Below are positions 55,092 to 64,000 of a DNA stretch of 64,000 nt, piece by piece. This DNA is from Octopus vulgaris (Eukaryota): assembly GCA_951406725.2 (NCBI GenBank), contig OX597828.1:7812001-7876000 (forward strand), read 5' to 3'. Within the stretch, counting starts at the first letter, position 1. Every line of letters starts with the position of its first letter. Both the position numbers and the translations under genes were made by a program. Below the pieces are notes generated by a model. The model did not search any database. It had not been told where the DNA came from and worked only from the letters and a program-made list of their open reading frames with translations.

Positions 55092-55590
55092 ATCTCGTTC
55101 CAACCGAACCCCACACTTGCTTTCCCTACCCTCGCCTTCCCCACACAACAATACCACTATATCACACTACCCTGCATGCACTAACACTGACCACTTCCCA
55201 GTACCCAAACCATCATCCACATACCTACACATGCACACACGCACACGTGAAGATCACCAACCCGTATCCACACGCACATAGCGCTCTCACATACACACGC
55301 ACGCGCCCCTTCGTTTTGGGATCATCACTACTTTATTATCTCTCCTTCTTCCTAGCTCTCCTGTCTGACCACTTCTGTCCGGCTTTCGCCATTTGTGATC
55401 GCTTGCCATTAAACCCTTTTAAAAATTTTCTTCCTCTGTTTCTTTCTGTGTTCCCTTCTATTGAAGAGCGTAGGCTCGAAACGTAAAAGACTTTCTCACT
55501 TCCCGAACGTTAAACTAATACAGCTGTTTGTTGTTTACACACCTGCCTTCGTCTTTTGTTTTGTTTGTTTTTTTTGGTTTTTTTTTGTAT
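55092..55590 (+). mobile_element. Dispersed repeat family H3 (Penelope-like 3' end) between TA/TG tracts
   Basis: Second copy on - at 29965-30210; carries a hammerhead-like motif. Confidence 0.6.
55454..55489 (+). ncRNA. Variant/degenerate hammerhead-like motif
   Basis: cctt-CTATTGA-a-gagc gtag gctc-GAAA-cg-TA-aaag; core deviates from CUGAUGA. Confidence 0.4.
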
Positions 55591-55623
55591 ATATGTACAT
55601 ATGCGTGTGTATATATATGTATG

Positions 55624-55697
<74 letters not shown>

Positions 55698-56018
55698 CAG
55701 AGTGAGGCCGGGACTTCAACAACTGAGATATGATCCATCATCATCATCAACATCAGTGTGATATCGTCATTATCAGCGTGATCTCCATGAATGTGATTCA
55801 AATAACCATATACATTCACTCCTACTGACATACAGCCAGACTCAGAGATAGAGGCACATAGAAACACACACACACACACACAAATGCATGCACACACATA
55901 CACACGCACTCACACCACACACATCTATAAGCATGGATAGATATATATGCAAAAATATACATATAAGTGTATACAATGCACACAAAGATTTATGTATATT
56001 TGTGTGTGTATGTGTATA

Positions 56019-56086
<68 letters not shown>

Positions 56087-57209
56087 CACATATACATAAA
56101 TATATGTATATACATATACATATACATACATATAATGTATATGTATATATGTGTGTGTATATGTGTGTGTGCGTATGGACTTAAGCGACAAAAATAACAG
56201 GAAAACATTCAACGAAGCACAAAAACTCTTACTTGTACACTAATTCCATGAAACAGATATACACATAATCCCCAAATGTAAACGAGCACATACACACACA
56301 TACACACACATACACGCACGCACACACACACAGATCCACACCCCTACGCATACACACCAAAATACACACATACAAATACGTACGCACATGCATCAACGCA
56401 CAGAAAAAGATGAACGTGGGACATTGAGTAAGAGATAAAAATTGTTTTGAGATTATTTCTGTGTAAAGTGGAAAATTAATTTAGTTTTTACTTTTGTGGT
56501 AGAAAATTAAGGAACTAGTTCACATTTATTTTCTCACTGGTACTTTATCAGATAAAGGTCACGACTGTTGCGTCTATATATTAGAGTAATGTGCATCACA
56601 GCTGCGTGTATACAGAAAAAAATCGTCTAAAATGAACATTCTAGAAACAATCTTTGTGATTCTATTTCTTTTCTCTTTCCTATTTTTCTCCTTTTTTTGT
56701 TTTGTTTTTTATTTGATATTTTAGTTTTCTCATCAATTCTGTAAGATGTAAAATGAAATTCTAGAAAAATCTGTCCTAATATTCCTTATCACAGATATCT
56801 TCAGGTTTTTCTTTATATAGATTTATGATAAGTGGTAGGCAAAATCCTGGATATGCTGACTCGTTTATAATGCACAATTTCTGTATATCAGGTGATATTT
56901 CAAATTACTGCTCTTCCAATATTGATCAAGTTCTCTTTTTGATTTTGTTGATAGTCTTTCAACTTAATACGAACCATTGATGGTTTGTAAATTTGGATAA
57001 GTTCTTATGAAGTAGAGAATTAATTTTATGCAAAGCACTTCTCCGAAATATAAGTAAATTTAGTGTCTATGGGTCGTTCATAAAGTGCTGCATTGTAACA
57101 TTGTATCAATTAGTTTAAAGCTACACAGACTCTTCTTCATTAACTGTATTTTTGTCCTTGCATATCTCCTCCCTTACTGCTTAACGTTGACACTAAATTC
57201 TTTCTAATT

Positions 57210-58010
57210 TTAGCACAAGGTCACTAATTTTGACGGTAGACGGCAAGTCAGTTACATCGACCCCAGCACTTGTCAGGTACCTATTCTCTTTTCTACTCTA
57301 AGGCACAAGGCCCGACATTTTGGGGGAATGGGCCCGTGGATTAGATCGACTACAGTATGCAACTGGTACTTAATTTATCGACCCCAAAAGGATGAAAGGC
57401 AAAGTCAAACTCAAAACGTAAAGACAGACGAAATACCCATTTCTTTACTACCCACAAGGATCTAAACACAGAGGGGACAAACAAGGACAGACAAACGGAT
57501 TAAGTCGATTATATCGACTCTAGTGCGTAACTGGTACTTAATTTATCGACCCCGAAGATGATGAAAGGCAAAGTCGACCGCGGCGGAATTTGAACTCAGA
57601 ACGTAGCGGCTGACGAAATACCTGTTTCTTTACTACCCACAAGGGGATAAACACAGAGAGGACAAACAAGGACAGAAAAACGGATTAAGTCGATTATATC
57701 GACCCCAGTGCGTAACTGGTACCTAATTTATCGACCCCCGAAAGGATGAAAGGCGGAATTTGAACTCAGAACGTAACGACTGATGAAACACGGCTATGCA
57801 TTTCGGCCGGCGCGCTAGCGTTTCTTCCAGCTCACCGTCTTTTTTTCCCGGCGTTCAAACGTGTCTGCTACCTATTCTATCGTCCCAGAAAGGATGCAAG
57901 CGAAAGTCAAATTCGACGCAATTTTAACCCACATCATAATGAATCGGAAGAAATACCGCAAAGTGTTTGTTTCCGACGATCTAATAATTGTGCCAGGTGG
58001 ACACCTTTGA
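57210..58010 (-). mobile_element. Cluster / tandem multimer of SINE family B (~180-bp units), nested in an older copy
   Basis: aactggtac.taatttatcgacccc at 57361, 57529 and 57713; tttctttactacccacaagg at 57440 and 57625. Confidence 0.9.
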
Positions 58011-58059
58011 ATAATAAAGGAAGTTAATCAAATCTTGTTTATATGACAAATAATTTTAG

Positions 58060-58440
58060 TTTGCAATAATTTTGCGGGATTTTTTTTTTTTTGTACATCT
58101 TCATCAAGAAGTTATTTCATATACGACTCTCGCGTGTATGGGCATAGCTCCTTCAAATTTGCTAACTACGTTGTTATTTACAAGCTTGAAAAATAGCTTA
58201 CTTTTTCTATCACTGAAGAATATTTTTATTGTCATATTACATCTCTCACTTTGGAAACGTGTCTCTATTTTAACACATAGAGAATCTCTTCTAAGAAGTA
58301 CCAATTTCTGTATAGATGCTATATTTCCTGGTATATTTGTCTTGTTGATGCATATTGCTAACTTGTTAGGAACAAAGCCAAAGGTGCTGTTTATTGTTGG
58401 CACAATTTTAGTTAATGTTTTCCACAATCTTGAAACTTCT
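58060..58440 (-). mobile_element. R4/Dong-clade LINE 3' fragment, decayed
   Basis: RLWKTLTKIVPTINSTFGFVP...IPGNIASIQKLVLL resembles LW..KIVPIIIGALG.VP...IQK.VLLGT. Confidence 0.7.
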
Positions 58441-58453
58441 AACCAGAACTCCA

Positions 58454-58870
58454 GTGAGCTGGCAGAATAGTTTATGCATTGGAGTATTTTCCATACGACG
58501 TTTCTTCTTGGTCATTATGTTCAAACCCCGCTGGAGTCAATTTTGCCTTTTACCCATTCAAAGTCGATATAATAAGGTATCATTCAATACAAGGATCACT
58601 GACATCGATTAACATCCTCCCCATAAATTTCAGGCCTTCTAGATAACATTTGAAACAATTTTAGGGGAAGGCATTGTGATGTTAGAATGTAGATAAAGTC
58701 TTCTGTTGATTCTTCCAGCTCTTAGCATTCTGCGTTGAAGTAGCTCCGTGTTCTACGTTGCCTGTCATTCTTTCGGAGAGATAAAACAGAAGTACTAGAT
58801 AAGCATAAGGATCTGTGACGTTGACTAATCGCCTCCCGCAAAGTTACCTGACATTGTATTTAAATTTGAA
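58454..58870 (+). mobile_element. Two degenerate SINE family B copies
   Basis: gtgagctggcagaatagtt head; ttgcctgtcattctttcggagagataaa. Confidence 0.65.
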
Positions 58871-60759
58871 AGCTTTTTTTTTTTGTTATTGTATTTATTG
58901 GCTCTGGCAGTGAGTTTTTTAAATTTCACGATACCAACGGAATCCTTCTCATTCACAGCAGACTCGAAAATATGATCACGCGCATCATATGACTAATTTA
59001 GATTTGGATGAGACTGAATACAGACACTTGCATTTTTCCATAGATAGAAGTGGTTGCCACTCACAAAGCAAAACATTCAATTTGCTTTTGTGAAACTTTC
59101 AGGAGAGAGAAAATGATAAAATAAAAAAAAAGCAATCCTCTGTGTGAATTAATGTTTAAAATTAATCTGGAAGATATAAAATGAACGACATTTATTTCCA
59201 TCCATTTACATGGTCCCTTCCAGTACTGCCTTTTTTTCTTTTCAAACTTATTTAAGTGTTGCTGTGATATTAACAAATGTCTGAATCATGAATTAGGACA
59301 AATATGTGGAATATTTTACAGAGGTAATTGTGTAGACGGTTAGATAGATCACAGAGACTCTTCCATATAGCCTATTTGGTTGATAAACAAAATTGACCCA
59401 TGTAGAATTTGAACTTAGATGCCAACTATAAGAAACTGGACAAGGAAATCCACTAAGCGTGATGTTCCATCGTCTTATTTATCGCCTTTAAAAATTTTAG
59501 ACAATTTACTTAAAATAAAGACATTATAGCACATCTCAAACTTTGGTGCAGTTTCAAACCCTACAAATTTTGGAGATAAAACCCTGTACACCAAATACCA
59601 GGGAGAAAAGTAAAAACGCAAGGTTAATGAAACCCATCTCTCACGGCTTGAAGTATTTCCCTCTGTACAATCGACACCTAGATCAATATCACAATGTCGG
59701 GTAGACTACCAAGGGATGGTTATGAATGATTTCTCATTTGGACACTATGCCAACAACTTTGCGCGATCGACAAAATAAGCACTAGTTTAGCTCTCGAGTC
59801 GATGCAATCAATTTCTCACTGACCTCAAAATTGTGGACAACATGCCAAAATTAGAAAGAATTTAGTTACAATAATATCAATAATTTTCAATAGATTTAAA
59901 AATTATTTTGAAAGAACTTCAATTATATTTATCCTGTTTCGAAGTGCTTTTGTTGAAAGATACGTATGATCTAACAAATTTTACGGTAAAAAGATACCCA
60001 GCCATGACCATCCCCATCCATTTTAAAGCAGGATATGAATGATGTTTACAACGTTCATTTTATCCTTATATTAAAATGTTACGGGTATGGATTGAGGGAG
60101 ATTTCGACGCTTATTCTTGCGAGACGAATAAATAGGAGAGAAATATTATACCGACACGGATTAAAAGGATATCTCAGTAACAGCAGCAGGACTGGAGGAT
60201 TAATTTGGTACAACAAAACTTGATGGGGATTTGATTATAACAAATTATATCGCTATATGACTGGTAGTTTATATTATCAGGTTTAGAAGGATAGAACGGC
60301 AATGCTGGTTCTTGCAGTATTTGAACGATGAACATAAAGCTAGCTACTAAATACAATAAGGCATATTATCCGACACTCTACGGTTTCTGATACTAATCAT
60401 CATTTGTCACGCATTCACTTGATTCTGCTCACTACACTAACCATTTCTGCTACCCGCAATCTTTGCATTATGCTATTAATGATTCTTAAAATAACCCCAA
60501 GATTGCGTGTTTAGAGAATTAGATTATTAGATTATCAAGACCATTACTTTTTCTATTCCTTAGTCATTAGAGGGGAAATGCCCATGACATTTTACTAGGA
60601 TTTCGGGAGTTCTAAGAGGAATGGAATTCTCAAACTTGAGACACCGAGCCCGAATGTTTGCAACAAAGTAGATATGCTTAAAATCCATAAGGACCAAGTG
60701 AGGGCCAGGAGTTAAACTTCTAGATGGCTTAAGTCTACCATCCACCGAGGAGGGAGTGA

Positions 60760-61130
60760 ACATCATCGACCTTAGTACTTAAGGGGTAATATTTCATAGT
60801 CGTCGAAAGAATGAAACGCAAAATCGACCACACCGGAATTTGAACTAAGAATTTAAAAACGGACGAAAAGCCGCCTAGTAATTATACCGGCATACTTAAC
60901 AATTTCATTGGCCTCGAAAGGATGAAAGGCAAAATGGACCTCATTACAGTTTGAACTCAGAGCGTAAAGACTGACAAAATGCTGCTAATCATTTTTTTTT
61001 CTGGTGTGCTAACGATTCTGCCACATCATTTATCTTTGCTGTCTCATACTAATTTTCCCAATTTTAGCGTAACGATAGCAATTTTTGCAGGGCGGGGGTT
61101 AGTCGACTGCATCGACCCCGGTACTTGACT
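60760..61130 (-). mobile_element. SINE family B fragments
   Basis: gaaaggatgaaaggcaaa, ggaatttgaactaagaa, gctaacgattctgcca, tcgaccccggtacttgactgg. Confidence 0.75.
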
Positions 61131-61296
61131 GGAAGAAGGAAAAGAAGAAAAAGAAGTAGAAGAATCAGGAGAGTAATGATAATAATAATAATAATAATAA
61201 TGATAATAATAAAAACAACAATAAGAAGAAGAAGAAGCAGAAGAAGAAACAGAAGAAGAAGAAGAAGAAGACGAGACGCATATGATGCAGAAGGAG

Positions 61297-61368
<72 letters not shown>

Positions 61369-61372
61369 CAGC

Positions 61373-61467
<95 letters not shown>

Positions 61468-61481
61468 TAGTAGTAGTAGTA

Positions 61482-61551
<70 letters not shown>

Positions 61552-61577
61552 GAAGAAGAAGAAGAAGAAGAAGAAGA
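61131..61577. repeat. Compound (GAA)(TAA)(TAG)(TGG) trinucleotide microsatellite
   Basis: Directly visible. Confidence 0.97.
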
Positions 61578-62130
61578 AATCGTTAAGCAAGAGAAAAATG
61601 CTGATGATGATATGAAGAAAAGGAAGCAAAGGAGATGGACATGAGAAGAAATATAGAATTTCGGATGATTGTGCACTTTAGAAATTTTCTCTCTCTCTCT
61701 TTTTTATTTTTTTTTTTGTTCGCCATTGAAATGTCTCTGCCAAACCAAATTTCACTGGTATCTAAATATATACACGTCTCTGAGGCTGTCTACATGTCTA
61801 TGAGTGTAGCTAAGTCTGTAAGTACGTGCGTCTTTGTCTTCTACTTCTCCACAAAGCATTTAAAAAATGATTTTGCTATCAGCTATTTTTAGTAACCTTA
61901 TCTATTTATCTTTTTCTTCCATCTTAGCAATTCTAACTATCTGGTCGCACTGTAAAATCTATTTCCGCTCTTATGACCAAATTGCACGTCATAGCTTGAA
62001 AGAACTTCCTCTTCAGTCAACCTTACTCTTCTGTTATGTGTCATTTATCACAAACTCGTCACAAACTTCTAACAAAGAGTCTAATACAAAAATTGAGCTT
62101 AAACTCTTTCACACAAATATTTTTCTCCGG

Positions 62131-62462
<332 letters not shown>

Positions 62463-62965
62463 GATGGATCTGTATACAAATATATAGATATGTGTGTATG
62501 TTTGTGTGTGTGTCTATTTATGCGTGTATGCATGTGATCTGGCGGGTACGTGTGAAAATCTCTGCTAAGTTATGTCCAGAATTAGATTTATTAAATTCTG
62601 TCTCTTAATCATGGGTGTTCAAATTCGCAGGAGTCTCGTGAAGGCAAACGAACTTCAATATTCACTTTATGACCCCGAGTCAACAAGAAGACCTCTTATT
62701 AGTCGTCTGACTTGCTATAAATAGAAACCAAATGTTCTTCGAATAACCCTCTGTTGTCTTTAGAAGAGAACACAATTGTCAAGTCACAATGAAGGAGGGA
62801 CACTTTTGACCGTAATTCTGCTTTATCGCGACTAAAGATTGAGATTAGATATTAACAACAATCGACAGACTAACCAATCGTTTACTTTCCCATATCCATT
62901 TCTTAACAAATTTCAATTTTTTCTACCACTATATGTCAGTTCTCTTCTTTCTTTCTTTCTTTCTC

Positions 62966-62996
<31 letters not shown>

Positions 62997-63080
62997 GTAT
63001 AAGACAAAAAAAAATGATCCCACTCTACAATGCGCGCGGATATGTCTCTCTCTCTCTCTCTTTCTGTCTCGCTCTCACTG

Positions 63081-63147
<67 letters not shown>

Positions 63148-63180
63148 GTCTGTCTGTCTCCTTCACTCTTTTTGTCTCAT

Positions 63181-63214
<34 letters not shown>

Positions 63215-63681
63215 CATACATATAAAAGTAAATATTCAAATGAATACTCGTAAAGATATTATTATTATTACCATTGGAAAATCTAAATAATTGATAATAA
63301 CAACAATATTAACATTAGTGGCAGCAAGCGATATTAGCATTAAACAACTACACAATAAATTCGTAATTATATTAGATGGTTGCTAGAAAGTGGAAATAAA
63401 AGCCCCCAACTTAATCCCCAACTGGATTTTTCATTTTTATTTTCCACCAAGACCTGCTGAGCAGAACTGAGACACTAACCACAATTCAGAATCATGATCC
63501 AGGTATTTCTGTTACCTCATTCTACAGCTTTTTACCTGAGATAGTATGTTATATTCCGCCCGTTTGCCCGATATCTGTTGGTCCGTTGCATATTTTCAGT
63601 GAGATTGGTGGTTAAGTTGGGGAAATCAGTGCTGCAGTATGTGACACGGAATGTATCTCTATATGTGTGATGATACAATAC

Positions 63682-63765
<84 letters not shown>

Positions 63766-64000
63766 GTGTGTGTGTGTCTTTGTGTGTATGTGCTGAGGCA
63801 TGTGGCCTTGTAGTCAAAGTTGTGATCCATAATCATAAATTTGTAAATTCAGTTGCTGACCCGAACCGTGTGGTTTGCCCTTAAATTATGTACCCAATTT
63901 TCATTGTGCAACTCTGCCCCACCTGAAAAATAAGCACTGGTTCCCTCTCCTTGTGACATCCCACAAGTTCCGTTCGATTATGAGTGAGGATTTCGGGAGG

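Noticed and set aside
57285-57990. Regularly repeated motifs resembling a CRISPR array
   Set aside because: Whole ~180-bp units repeat (no unique spacers) and they are SINE bodies in a eukaryotic context

Overview
AT-rich, microsatellite-dense animal genomic DNA. The SINE repertoire and repeat style suggest an octopus/cephalopod; this is inferred, not proven. No intact protein-coding gene is supportable, and nearly all listed ORFs are microsatellite artefacts. The window is a transposable-element graveyard: two abundant tRNA-type SINE families (CORE-like and Meta-like); decayed Tc1/mariner transposases (DD34E, DD34D, DD37D/maT, DD41D-like); MITEs (hAT, and a GG-terminal MITE with TTAGGG-like units); Helentron-type elements; and RTE, R4/Dong, HERO-like and Penelope (GIY-YIG) retroelement fragments. 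The most striking signal is a recurrent class of fold-back (inverted) insertions anchored in or next to microsatellites. Several carry minimal type-I hammerhead ribozymes with palindromic helix III, from at least 2 clear and 2-3 variant Penelope-like families. Also seen: an internally deleted R4/Dong element in (TAA)n, a two-right-end Tc1/mariner derivative, a templated-insertion duplication, and possible decayed exons at 29.5-32.8 kb and 38.6-40.8 kb (low confidence). All alignments were done by eye.
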